Position numbers and translations under genes: made by a program. A stretch of DNA of 64,000 bases. Origin: Yuukianura sp. NJ FZ-2021 (Eukaryota). Location: contig CM102283.1 in the NCBI GenBank assembly GCA_046563655.1, forward strand, positions 2,666,001-2,730,000, read 5' to 3'. The notes beneath the pieces were generated by a model. It worked only from the letters and a program-made list of their open reading frames with translations. It ran no database searches and had not been told where the DNA came from. Position 1 is the stretch's first letter, and each line of letters opens with the position of its first letter. Positions 49,301-61,900 of this stretch are shown here, in pieces.

Positions 49301-51584
49301 AATCAAAAAGATCCCATATCATAAGAGCCAATTTCAAAAAACGCCGGTGCTAAATGAGCCGATGCCAAAGACTCAATTTCAAAAAGAGCCAACGCTAAAG
49401 GAGACGATTAATCTAACCGTGTTAACTGCCGCCCCGTTTTGTTTAGAATCACATAAGGAAGTCAACTTTTACTCATACTTCCTAGTTGGATCTTTTCATG
49501 CTCAGAGGTAGTATTTTTTCTTACATTGAAACTAACATACCAGTAGTCAACAATACAGCTTCACTGACCTCTGATTTTTACAAATTAAATTTGAATTAGG
49601 TTGTTTGTTATTTTACAGGGTTGACGAGAACGATAGGACGGAATGTTTGGCAGAGAGTGTGTCTCAATTGCGGCGTTGTACCTGTTTTGGCTGTCCACTA
49701 CTGCCGGTTTGACGCGGAAATCAACACCGCATCCAAATTCACATACGAAGGTGAGTGTCCTGTAAAGGCCTTTTTAGTAGCATTGAAAAGTCCTCGTCTT
49801 ATTTTTTGTTGTCTTTAAGGAAAACCCGTCTTACAGCTTCTACTTTCCATTCCCAACGGAGAAATGCCCGGGTATGTACCACACCAATTAAATAAGATTT
49901 TTATAAACAGAAACACACGTTACTTTGGAACATTCGTGAGCGTAAACGCCCCATGTTCATTTATACTTTAAAGTTCTCTGAGAAAAATAAGCTTGTGCTT
50001 TCAAAAGAAAAAAAAAACAAGAAAAAGTTTCCATTCCTGTTTAGCTTTGGATAACTTTTCCATCCAAAAAGTTGGAATTTAAAACTTTTCCTACCTCCAC
50101 GATGGCTTCTTCTCTTGAATTAAAGGAAAACATGGCCGTTTTACGATTCCACTGTATCAGGACCACTGCACGTTACAATGAGTTCGAATTGATTTCCTTT
50201 TAAATTTGTGTAGACGATTGCATGTATATCGCTGACTGTGGCACCGGGCGGGCAGGCCTGACGGAGAAGGAAATTGTGGGCAGGGTAAACGTCTCTAGGA
50301 GCTACTTTGCACCTGGAAATGGCGACTGCGAAGCAATATATGAACTAAACCGTAAATATTGTCCCATTGCCTCCTATGGAGAGTGTCTCATGAAGTGTGC
50401 CGGACTGCGGTGTTCAACTCCAGAACACAATGGGTATGATGTTTACTCGCCCATACCGTCGGACAGGTTCGAAAGAATTGTGGAGGCCTACCGTAAAGCA
50501 AACAATACTGCCTGGGATCTTACCCGATTCCATCACGTTCAGTAATAAATGTGAAAAAGTTTAGGCAAAGAAAAAAATATGCCGAAATGAGTAATTTACT
50601 AACAGTCATGTAATAAAAGGAATTCCCTATCAGGAGAAATGGCCAAAAGTGAAATGAGCAAAAGTGAAATGACTAGAATTTTGAAGACCTTAGGTTAGGT
50701 TACAATTTTCAATTTTCTTTTTAGCCATTTTTCTGTTCTTTTCCTTTTTGGGCAAATTACAGGAAACCAGGAATACTTACAAAAGAACCAGGATTTCTTG
50801 CAAAGAACCGAGAAAACTTGAGTGAACATTGTCCCCTGTGAGAGCGAAGCTCGTCAGCTCTCCTACGTCGCGCTTCCACGTCAATCCAAAGCCCCTTCAT
50901 GTTGTTGGTTCCTAAAACAATAAGGTTTTTAGTAAATCATTTCCTGTTTCATCTAAATGGAAAATCAGCACTGCCCTCTTACGCTTCCCAGTTTTTTTTC
51001 ATGGTTTGGTTATAATTAAAAAGAGAAGCAAACTAATTTACCACCTATAAATTAATAGTAAATTAAAATACTGCTGCATGTTTATATTAGGTATAGCTAA
51101 AATATTCTGTCGACCTATCAGCGACTTACTCATCAAGTATAAACTGATTTCTTCATTCTCTGCCGCAGACATAATGAGACCTCGCTTCAAGGTCCCGCCG
51201 CAGCTCAGGTGACTTGCGTTAGGGGCAAATACTGCATTACTTACGACAAAGCGAGAACTGTCACTGAGCCGTTGGTAGCCGGAGGGCAGGGTACATGCCA
51301 AGGGTACCCATGTAGGATTTCCTCCTGTAGAACAAAGAAAAGGTATGTAACGTTCTTGATGTAGATAGTATCATAACAAGTAGCAAATATTTATATTACT
51401 AAAAAGAAGAAAGTTGGGAACTAAGTTGAGAATTTTATATTTGATAGGGTAAAAACTTCTTCTTACGCCCGGGATGTTGTTCAGAATTACACAGCAGAGG
51501 CGACGTAAATGTTTGTGCAAAAGTGTCACTTGCCCTGGAAAGTGACATGCCAGACGAAACAAATACAAAAACTGTAAATAACAT
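46339..51584 (-). CDS. Membrane-anchored protein with three divergent C-type lectin domains, 527 aa, 10 exons (copy 1)
   Basis: Exons 51584-51467, 51324-51130, 50911-50781, 49029-48837, 47720-47656, 47531-47417, 47349-47128, 47049-46867, 46776-46657 and 46580-46339 are all in phase. Features include a signal-like N-terminus; LWID..WRDNFC..GLCE; WSNAMRSC..FWLG..FHW..FLC; YNSALACC..YWAS..RFIC; and a hydrophobic C-terminus. Confidence 0.8.
47806..48719. mobile_element. Non-autonomous DNA transposon with ~160-bp TIRs and an 8-bp TSD (P- or hAT-type)
   Basis: catagagtaaccaagacg... / ...cgtcttgacaactctatg, with TSD ctaaggaa (47798-47805, 48720-48727). It is absent from the paralogous intron at ~61320. 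Confidence 0.88.
49643..50545 (+). CDS. Small secreted Cys-rich protein of unrecognised family, 163 aa (copy 1), nested antisense in the lectin intron
   Basis: Exons 49643-49750, 49820-49871 and 50214-50545. Signal-peptide-like MFGRECVSIAALYLFWLSTTAG. Eight Cys in the mature part are conserved across the three paralogues. Confidence 0.78.
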
Positions 51585-52223
51585 TTGTGAAATTGTCAAA
51601 ATTTTGAAGTTTTGAATGAAATCTTCGTCAACGTCGTTCCAAACTACAAGGAACACTTATAGATAACTTCCTAAAAATTCATTCCTTTTATTCTTAATCT
51701 TCTGAATTTTAGGAGTTTTAAATCTTTCTGCAAATGGCATATGCTTAATTGAACTCCTGGTTATTGAGTTCTAAATCATTTTGTTTAGTGCAACATCAAT
51801 TGAGTTGGCCTACCACGTTGAATATGAGTTGGCCTACCCTGTAACGTACAGATTAACAAACTTTAGTATGAAAAAAAAATCATAAACTTGTCAATCCCAG
51901 AAACTTATTGCTACAAAGGCAATGAATTTCTCATTGGAATTCTCAATTATGGAATCCAAACAACACAATAATAATAGTTACAGCAGCGAAAAAGCGTCAT
52001 TTTAATGTTAAATATAATTAACATTGGGCACCTATAATTAACTTCTGAGTTGCTCATGAAAAGTGCGAAATTACTATCTTCTGTAACAAATTAAGTTTCT
52101 TTTCTAACGCCAAAAACTGCCACATACAGTTGTAATTTGAACATTCGAATCTTAAACAATTAATCTTAAACAATAGCCATTTGTTCTGACACAGAAGTAT
52201 TGTTTTAGATTTCAGTGTTTCTG

Positions 52224-53977
52224 AAATTTTTTCAAAAAGCTCCCGACGGAGTACGGAAGTGTGTCGTAGTTACAAATATTGCAGAAACGGCACTCACCGG
52301 CAATTTTCTATTGAAACCGAATTTTTCAGTTTAGAAAAAAAATTGAAATTTTGAATTTTTTGTTATTGACAGTTGACGGAATTATGTTTGTGATTGACTC
52401 GGGCATTAGGGGTGTAAATCCGGATTTTTGTTCCGGATATAAATCCGGATTTTTGACGGATTCGGATTCTTCTAAATCCGGGTTTCAAAAAAATGGTATC
52501 CGGATTTTGACGGATTTTTCAATCCATTTGAGGGTATGGACAATGGAAAAATTGACGCCAAAAACTGAAAAATTGAGTTTACGTAAGAAATGTTTTTCAA
52601 TTTAAGTTAATCAAAAAGTAACATTCCTGATGTCCATTATCAACTTTTTTTGGTTAGGTTAGGTTAACCTACTTGAAGTTTTAAACAACGTTTTTCATAA
52701 TTTTGAAAAACTAAAAAAAATTCTTATGGGAAATACCATGTATTCTGAAATCCGGATTTAAATCCGGATTTTTTAATAAAAATCCGTCAAAATCCGAAAT
52801 CCGGATTTCGAGAAAGCCGTGACGGATTTACACCCCTATGGGCTACTGCAAACTCAAAGTGTATAATCCAAGGATCGGTATGAATGAACGCGTTGCAGAT
52901 TTATCCAATCAGTCAAGCCAATGCTAATCAGCGATCAGGCAGAGTTCGAACAGGGCCTGGAGCATGTTTCCGGTATACTCAAAAATTCAAATTTTCTTCG
53001 TACGATTTTAACTTTTTCAAAAGGTTAGCCGAGTGTGGAAATGGGGTGCTCAGCGGACATTTTAATCATTGTTTTGATGCTGTTTGTTCCCGCTCTTTTT
53101 TATAGACAGCAAGATCGGGAAGAAGATTCGGACGCTGTCAGAGAGAAGTTCCAAGTTCCTGCATCAGATCATCTGACGTATCTACACGTCTACAACCAAT
53201 GGAAATCCAATAGGTACTGCCAATTACTTAAGTTACTGTTCACGAAAATGTCGAAAATGTTTAAATATTTTATAATTATTAATATATTATTATTTGTTGC
53301 AGTTACTCTGGTTCGTGGTGTAACGAGCACTTTATCCATATCAAAGCCATGAGAAAAGTGCGGGAAGTTCGAAGTCAGTTGAAGGACATCATGGACTCAC
53401 AGAAATTAGAGCTCAAATCGTCCGGTACCGATTGGGACGTGATTCGAAAGTGTATTTGTTCTGCATACTTTCATCAAGCTGCCAGGCTCAAAGGAATTGG
53501 AGAGTACGTCAACTTGCGTACAGGAATGCCGTGTCACCTTCATCCAACTTCTGCTCTATTCGGAATGGGTTATACACCAGACTATGTCGTGTACCATGAA
53601 TTGGTCATGACACACAAGGTGACTGGCAATTTATTTCTAATATAAAAATGATGGATTTTGAATAACATTTTGATTTTTCTCAACAGGAGTACATGCAGTG
53701 TGTGACGGCAGTGGACGGTCAGTGGCTAGCCGAACTTGGACCGATGTTTTTCAGTGTCAAGGAGACTAATCGGTCCAGAGTAGACAAAAAGAAGGAAACG
53801 ATTGAGCAAATTCGTGACATGGAGTCTGAGATGAAAGAGGCTCAAGAAACGATGAGACTGGAAAAGGAGGCGCAACTGGCAGCAGAAAAAGCCAAAGTTA
53901 GAAAAAGCGAAATTGTGACGCCTGGACGTCTCGAGCCAAATACGCCAAGACGGATGCCGGCAAGATTCGGGTTGTAG
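52224..53977 (+). pseudogene. DHX38: Partial duplicate of the DHX38 3' region (end of exon 9 to exon 14)
   Basis: Matches 44350-46055 but is 5'-truncated. It has a MITE inserted in exon 10, further indels, and a deletion of exon 11 plus the start of exon 12. Confidence 0.9.
52407..52838. mobile_element. hAT-like MITE inserted in the DHX38 pseudo-exon
   Basis: TIR taggggtgtaaatcc / ggatttacaccccta with subterminal aatccgga repeats. It interrupts the IDSG|YCKLK codons. Confidence 0.85.
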
Positions 53978-54403
53978 AACAAGTTTCTTTTCAAGTTTTC
54001 AGATCCCCTGTTTTCATTAGCTACAGAAAAAATTAATTAATAAATATCCAGCGTCATTTTTCGCTACTTTCTACTGTGTGATTCACTACCGTTTTATGTA
54101 ACAATGTTAACTGTGACTTTCTTTTATTTTACGATTTAGTTCTTTTGTTTGTTTAATATAATGAGGTCACTTTTCGTATTTCCTGGTTTGGTTTCTACTT
54201 TGAATTAGACGCCTGTGTTTTTTAATTATACGGCAGCAGAGGAATCACTGAGTGAATCATCTACTGTTCCTCCAACTGCGTAGCTGCTCAACCTGACGCA
54301 CGACAGACAACTTTGGTTTTTGTACACTTACGTTCCACTTTGCTTTTTATTGTTTTCCATTTTTGTACTTTTTGGTTTTTTCAAGGTCGAGAACTACCGC
54401 GGT

Positions 54404-55334
54404 ATGCTGGTGAGACTTTTTGCATCGATTGGAGCGTTGTACATGCTTTTCTGGCTGTCAACTACTGCCGCTTTGAGAAGGACATCAACTCCACATATAT
54501 TTGCACATTCAAAGGTGACTGACTCTGCACTATAATACAAGGTTCAATTTTCAATTTTGAAAAAAAAAGTTTTGATTTTTACAATCAACTGTATTTTACT
54601 ATTTAGGAAAACCCGACTGGCAGCTACTACTTTCCATTCCCGACCGAGAAATGCCCGGGTACGTAATGATTTTTAAATTTTTATAACGTTTTTACATTTC
54701 CGTAGACTCCGGCTAGCAAGTAGTTAAACTTTAGGAAGAATTTGGGAATTTGTGTTTAGAAGCGAATGGCAGAGATTATCAAAAGTATAGAATTTAGGAA
54801 GTAGCGTCCCCTTCACTTCGCCAATGTCGCAAGTAACCTTTCAAACTTTTCTCTGTTATGGAAATTATTAACCGTGTTTGGAAACTACAACAAGTTTGAA
54901 AAGCGACGTCACCACCCGAATTCTATACTTTCTGCGATTTCTATAATTTACAACACATACTCTTTATGATGTAAGTAAGTTTGAAATCTATCCTAGATGA
55001 GTGCATGTACATCCCACAATGTGCCACCAATCGGACGCGGCCTTCCCGGACAATGGTGGAAATAACGAACAGGGTAAAAGTGATTCAAAGCTGCTTTGCA
55101 ACAGGAACTGGAAACTGCGAATGTTTATTTGAACTGGACCCGGAACAATGCCCGCTTGCCACCCACGGACAGTGTCTCATGATTTGTGGCGGACTGCGCT
55201 GTTCAACTCCGGAACACAATGGGTGGGATGTGCACACACCCTTCCCGTCCGACAGATTTGAAAGGATTGTGGAAGCCTACCGTAAAGCAAACGATACTTC
55301 CTTGGATCTTACCCGGTTCCATCACGTTCAGTAA
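54404..55334 (+). CDS. Small secreted Cys-rich protein, 166 aa (copy 2, not nested)
   Basis: Exons 54404-54514, 54607-54658 and 54997-55334 are in phase. Signal-like MLVRLFASIGALYMLFWLSTTAA. Confidence 0.75.
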
Positions 55335-55980
55335 CTGAAAAAGTGTAGACAGAAATTGTGCCGAAATGGAAAATATACTAAAATACATTTAATGAAAAGG
55401 AAAACTTTAAAAGTCCTCAGTATTTCCTGTCAAAAAACCGAGAGAGCTTGAGTAAATACTGTCCGTGGTCAACCAGGATACGTACAGCCTCATTTTAATG
55501 TTAAATTAAGCTTATCATTGGACACCTATAATTAACTTTCGAATTGGTCGTGAAAAGTGGGAAAATTAACTTCCCTAAGAAATTAAGTTTCCTTATACGA
55601 TTGGCAATATACGTGTGATGCGATGGTGTGGCATTAGTTACAAATTTGACCCCTCAAATTTTAGCCATCCATTCTTACGAAGAGAAACATTATTTTAGAT
55701 TTCCACGGTTCATCAATTTTCCAATAAGATTTTCATGATTATTATTTAAGTAGTAAAGGATTCAAATTTTTTTGGTTGCACCTTTTTTTTCTCAGAAATA
55801 TTCTATTATGGTTTTATTTTATTTTTTCATCAAATTGTTGATATTTATATTTATATTTTTATAAAGTATTATATATTTTGAAAAAGGTTAATGGAGATAA
55901 TCTTCTTTTTTTTCGAATTCTCACGCTAATCCACTAACTTATTCCATTTGTTTTTTAAACTGAATCAAAATGTTAAATAT

Positions 55981-58900
55981 TTAGAGCAAATCTTGGAGTG
56001 TCTCGGATGTGAAAAGAATGCCTGCCGCTGCAACAGCTATGATGGATACCACAAGTGCCGTCCATGGAATCAAGAAACCTAAGGTTACTATGAGCCACAG
56101 CATTCCACGAAAGCCGACTCCAGCAACTGCTCCTACTAATGTCCCCAACTCGCTTCTTGGTGAGCTGCAATTTTTTCCGTTTATACAGTGTTGGGCAGTA
56201 GAACTTGGATCCAGATCTTTTGAGGGAGAACGTTCTGAATCAAATGAAAAACAAGTCACTTACAAAGGAGAGTCCGTTAACTTATTAAGCTTAGGTTTGA
56301 CTAATAGCACGCAAAAATAGCAGGTACCCGTGCATATGAATCGCCGAGTGACGCTTTGGCAGTCATTTTGGAAGTCCACAAGGAGGGTGGTGTTAAAGTT
56401 GACTGAGGCGCAAGTGTCGTTAACACCAAACGACGCCCAGTAGCTCCCTTAACACAAATCGCCCAAAAAGAAATTTCGACTTACATATTATATATTACAT
56501 GTCATGTCATTTAAGCCAAAAACAAAAATTTTGATATGGCTTACCGTTATTTTGAAGACGAGGACGAAGGTAATCTATTCTGTTCATTATTTCCTGGACT
56601 GAGGTCAGCGTCAAATTCTGAGCTTTGCAACAGGCTAGTGCTGAGTTGTATACGAGCCGCCTCGTCGCTAGCCATGTTTGGTCGCCAATTTTCTCAAAGG
56701 ACTTGTCATCTCTGCAGTCCTCAGTCACTTGGAAATTAAATTTAAAATAAACTCGCAATTTTAACTTAATTTTCAAAAATTTTTAATTTCTGTGGTAGTC
56801 ACCTCTCGTTTTATTTTGTTTGCACAAAAATCTGATCGGAATGGTACATTCGGAGGACTGCTTGTACAGGGTTCCATTATTTCCCGGTCCAATATTCAAA
56901 CAGGATTCATTTCGTCTGGTGACCCTCGCATTCAATGGAAAAGTGACAGAAGATGTGCTATTTAGCCAATGGAATTGCCCTTCCGGGGTAACTTTTGCCC
57001 CCAACCAGAAGAACCAATACTTCACTAAAAGTTCAAAATGTTACATGCACTGATGCACTTGATTAATTTTCCAAGCTTAACTTAAGCATTACACCCACAT
57101 GAGCTTTCGGTATCCAGCCATTTCCGGATTTGGTCAATTTCATTGGCGTCGTCCAGTACAGGAACGTCCATTCCAAAGGACTTACAACTTCTCATGGCAT
57201 TTGACCAGTCCCTCTGTGTTTATTCATATTCAATTTGAATTATAAAAAATATTAAATGACAATATACAAATTATAGCATGTGACATTTTTTTTTTTTTTT
57301 TGAATGGGTACGAGAGGTAGTCCCCCCTATTAAGGGCCTTACACTACTTCGCGTTGTGAGTTGCTTACTATCTTTCCATTCGGCTAGAGAAGGTGACTCT
57401 AGTATGGTGGCCCCAGAGTGCCAATGCTGTTTTTCTCATTTTGTAATTCAAAAAGCATTTTCAAATGCATTTTCAATTGCATTTCATTTTAAAAAGCATT
57501 TTCAATTGCATTTTCAACTGCATTTCATTTTAAAAAGCATTTTCAATTGTATTTCCAACTGCATTTCATTTCAAAAAGCATTTTCAATTGCATTTCATTT
57601 CAAAAAGCATTTTCAATTGCATTTCATTTCAAAAAGCATTTTCAATTGCATTTCATTTCAAAAAGCATTTTCAATTGCATTTCATATTGCATTTCAATTT
57701 CAATTTCAAAATGAAAATGCACTTGGCCCTTCTGGGCTCCTAATTCAAATTCAATTTGAAAATGAAAATGCATTTGGCACTTCTGGGCTCCTTATTCAAA
57801 AAGTGCGCTTTTTCATGTCATGTGACTTTGTTGTATCTGAAAGTGGTAAAATCTTGAGTTCCTATAGACATCACTATGTGCCAGCTCACAAATGGGCACA
57901 AATGTCTAATCTCAAATTAACGAATCTTTTGTTACTTTTAAGTTTGGATATTAATTATCTACTCCTATCACTGATTCATTTAAATATTAATATAATCTAC
58001 GGTTATATAAGTGGTACTGCAATTGTGCGATTAAATTGGTCATATTATGTATGACATAATTACCGAAATGTCATAAGTTTATCCATTGTAATAAAAATTC
58101 ATAATCAGTTTATTATAAACACAGTCAAAAGAACAAATTCATTTGGTTTTAATTGGTCTTCGACTTTAATGTCGCTAAAACTGACATAGCTTGGGACATT
58201 AGTTAGAGGAAAAGATAACAATTCTCGAAGGTAACGATTTCTCAAAAACGAAAGTTCAGAATTTGATGACCTTATGCACGGACATTGTTGGCTTATTGTA
58301 CTAGCTACCCATTAAATTTCAGCTTTCCCACATGTCAACTCCAACTTTCTAGTAAAGTGAAGTCCTGTAGGGTAACGTTATGGTTATTTGGTGTTAGTTA
58401 AGTTTAGCTTTACACGTTTGACCTAGCTAAACGAAAAGTCAAATTTTGATGAAACTCCGGGGGTATAATGATTAAGGTGGTAAGAGTGTCCCCTCCAATT
58501 TTCACCTTCGCCACAAGCCGGTTGTGGCTGAACAGTGCGTGGAGATAGGGAGCCGAATACGGCGTTCGTTTAGCAAAACTGACTTACTTAGTACAACGAA
58601 AGAAACGTCTTTTGATCCCTATCTCCACGCACTGTTCAGCCAAAACCGGCTTGTGGCGAAGGTGAAAATTGGAGGGGACACTCTTACCACCTTAATCATT
58701 ATACCCCCGGAGTTTCATCAAAATTTGACTTTTCGTTTAGCTAGGTCAAACGTGTAAAGCTAAACTTAACTAACACCAAATAACCATAACGTTACCCTAC
58801 AGGACTTCACTTTACTAGAAAGTTGGAGTTGACATGTGGGAAAGCTGAAATTTAATGGGTAGCTAGTACAATAAGCCAACAATGTCCGTGCATAAGGTCA

Positions 58901-61900
58901 TCAAATTCTGAACTTTCGTTTTTGAGAAATCGTTACCTTCGAGAATTGTTATCTTTTCCTCTAACTAATGTCCCAAGCTATGTCAGTTTTAGCGACATTA
59001 AAGTCGAAGACCAATTAAAACCAAATGAATTTGTTCTTTTGACTGTGTTTATAATAAACTGATTATGAATTTTTATTACAATGGATAAACTTATGACATT
59101 TCGGTAATTATGTCATACATAATATGACCAATTTAATCGCACAATTGCAGTACCACTTATATAACCGTAGATTATATTAATATTTAAATGAATCAGTGAT
59201 AGGAGTAGATAATTAATATCCAAACTTAAAAGTAACAAAAGATTCGTTAATTTGAGATTAGACATTTGTGCCCATTTGTGAGCTGGCACATAGTGATGTC
59301 TATAGGAACTCAAGATTTTACCACTTTCAGATACAACAAAGTCACATGACATGAAAAAGCGCACTTTTTGAATAAGGAGCCCAGAAGTGCCAAATGCATT
59401 TTCATTTTCAAATTGAATTTGAATTAGGAGCCCAGAAGGGCCAAGTGCATTTTCATTTTGAAATTGAAATTGAAATGCAATTGAAAATGCTTTTTGAAAT
59501 GAAATGCAATTGAAAATGCTTTTTGAAATGAAATGCAATTGAAAATGCTTTTTGAAATGAAATGCAATTGAAAATGCTTTTTGAAATGAAATGCAATTGA
59601 AAATGCTTTTTGAAATGAAATGCAGTTGGAAATGCAATTGAAAATGCTTTTTAAAATGAAATGCAGTTGAAAATGCAATTGAAAATGCTTTTTAAAATGA
59701 AATGCTATTGAAAATGCATTTGAAAATGCTTTTTGAATTACAAAATGAGAAAAACAGCATTGGCACTCTGGGGCCACCATACTCTAGGTATTAGGAAAAA
59801 CACATCGGGAAAAACGCTAATACAAAGTTGATAAGCAAGACAACTCGGGACGTCACTTTACAGTTACGTTACATATGCTGATGAGAAAGGCAGGTCCACT
59901 GCTTGTTTTTACGGAGAGTTTACAGCTCACCAACCTCATGGGAACAGACTCATCAGCATGGAATGAAATTGAAAGGGAATAAACTTCTTGCAAAGACGAT
60001 GTAAATAAGTATCGTCAGATCAATTATAGAGAATTCCCGCGCCGGATATTGTTGACCTAGACCTCTGATATTGTTAGAGGTAACTTGAGGTCAAAGAGCA
60101 TTCGGCATTATATTAATATTAATGCTAATATTATATTAATTAATATTATTAATATTAATATTAATATTAATATTAATAATTAATATATTATTAATAATAT
60201 TAATCCTCGCGGCGTCAAAAATCCATCCCCGAATTGTGGAAAAAAAAGATGACCTTGCCCTTTGACCCTGCTAGAGGCCACTCAAGCTCATCAAAATCGG
60301 ATCCCCGCATTCCCCTTCCGAGTCTGTCCATCCGTTTCCGTGATGTAAATGGAGCATAACCTTGACCTATGACACCAATAGAGGTCACTTAAGGTGAATC
60401 CAAAAACTGATTTTTAGTCGTCTGGTTTGTAGTTACTCATTAAAAAGCTGCAAGGTCACAAAGCTGTTGTCTCAATGCGATGAACACCTTTTGTAAGGGT
60501 CATTTTTTTGATTTCTGTGAAAAAATGTGCTTGACCTTGACCTTTGACTCGGAAGTTGGCCACTTCCGGTCAAACCAGGGACCGATTAGTCACCCCCGTA
60601 CCATGTGAAGGTCATCTGCGCAGACAGGTTGAAAATCGGTCCTGTGGTTCCTGAGTTATAGACGCGCGTAGAATGAGCGACGCCATTTTGCAACTTTCAT
60701 CGTCTATATCTCCAGAACCGTAGGTCAAAGGTCAAGGTCACCTACAGCAAACTTGTTCCCCTCAATGAAATGAACAACTTTTGTAGAGGCCATTTGTCCA
60801 AATTCCGTCGAAAATGTACTTGACCTTGACCTTTGACCCGGAAGTTGGTCACTTCCGGTCAAAACGGAAACAACTTGTTCACCCCTGGACCATGTGAAGT
60901 TCATCTGTGAAGACAGATTGAAAATCGGTCCAGCGGTTCCAGAGATATTGTGGCTAGTATAGTCGGACGGACAGACGGACGGACGGCCATTACGATCCCT
61001 ATAAGTATCTGACGATACTTAATAAGGAAATGGCAAATTCCTTATGCTCATAGGCAATTTTTCATTCACTTTTTTTATTGCGAGTGACCGACAGGATTCG
61101 ATCTCACAGACAGGCAAATGGCAGAATAGAGACTCGTACCATTGCGCTACCATGGCTCGCTAACATTAAGGGGTAGAGTTATAACTCAAATACCTGATCC
61201 GTAGAGTAAAACAGTTGCGAGCTTCCAACTTGCCGCAATTCATGTAACATTTAAGGCCCTTTCAGTAAAAAATCTAAGGTGGAATTTTGGAAACCACAAT
61301 TAAATGAAATTCATTAGTCGCATGGAGGAAAGGGAAATCAAATGGCTTTGATATCAATTAGAGGGAAATTCTAGTTTTAAATTGTCTAAAAATTAACATC
61401 ATAATTGTACACGTTTTTGGTAACCTGTTGTACTCATGCAGTCGGATGGTAGTGCAGGCGGTCGGCATTCGCAAAGCCCGCTCCGTCGATGAGTCTGTAA
61501 GTCATCACTGCAAAAATTATCACGCCACATCGCATTAGGACCACTAAGCGGTTCAGACCAATTCATGGCGCCTGTGGTGTCCAGCGTTATGAACACACAG
61601 GAATCTTTACGTGCCTCCTAGACAAAAAACGCATAATTAGATATTATAATTATATTAATTTCGTCTGACTGGTATCTGCAGCTATGTATTTATGTATAAT
61701 TTCGAAATTGTAATTAGTAGTAATCGTCGTTTTTCTTAGGCGGCTCCGAGAGGAACACACTTGGCTATTCTTAATTATGTTTTATGGAGGTTTCAAATGT
61801 GAAACAACGAAACCATAAAGCAGTGTAGCTGGATATCCACTTTTTCAACATTTTATCCACCGCTGTATATCCAGTGGAGGAAATGGACGAAATAGATGAA

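Larger units (their letters stand above)
57286..61160 (-). mobile_element. tRNA-derived SINE (~450 bp) split by two later insertions
   Basis: The minus-strand head at 61160 has A-box TAGCGCAATGG and B-box-like GATCGAATCC. The poly(A) tail is the T run at 57286-57301. acatt lies on both flanks. The whole block is absent from the paralogous intron at ~47600. Confidence 0.55.

Noticed and set aside
57450-57690. Short regular repeats that might suggest a CRISPR array
   Set aside because: The units are head-to-tail with no unique spacers, the context is eukaryotic, and there are no cas genes.
57356-59780. ORFs of 232, 174 and 118 aa with repeated FQKAFSIAFHFKKH
   Set aside because: They are translations of the stop-poor ~29-bp tandem array, mirrored by the palindrome, and do not look like proteins.
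61080-61160. Possible tRNA gene on the minus strand
   Set aside because: The B-box is degenerate and there is no clean cloverleaf. It is better explained as a SINE head.
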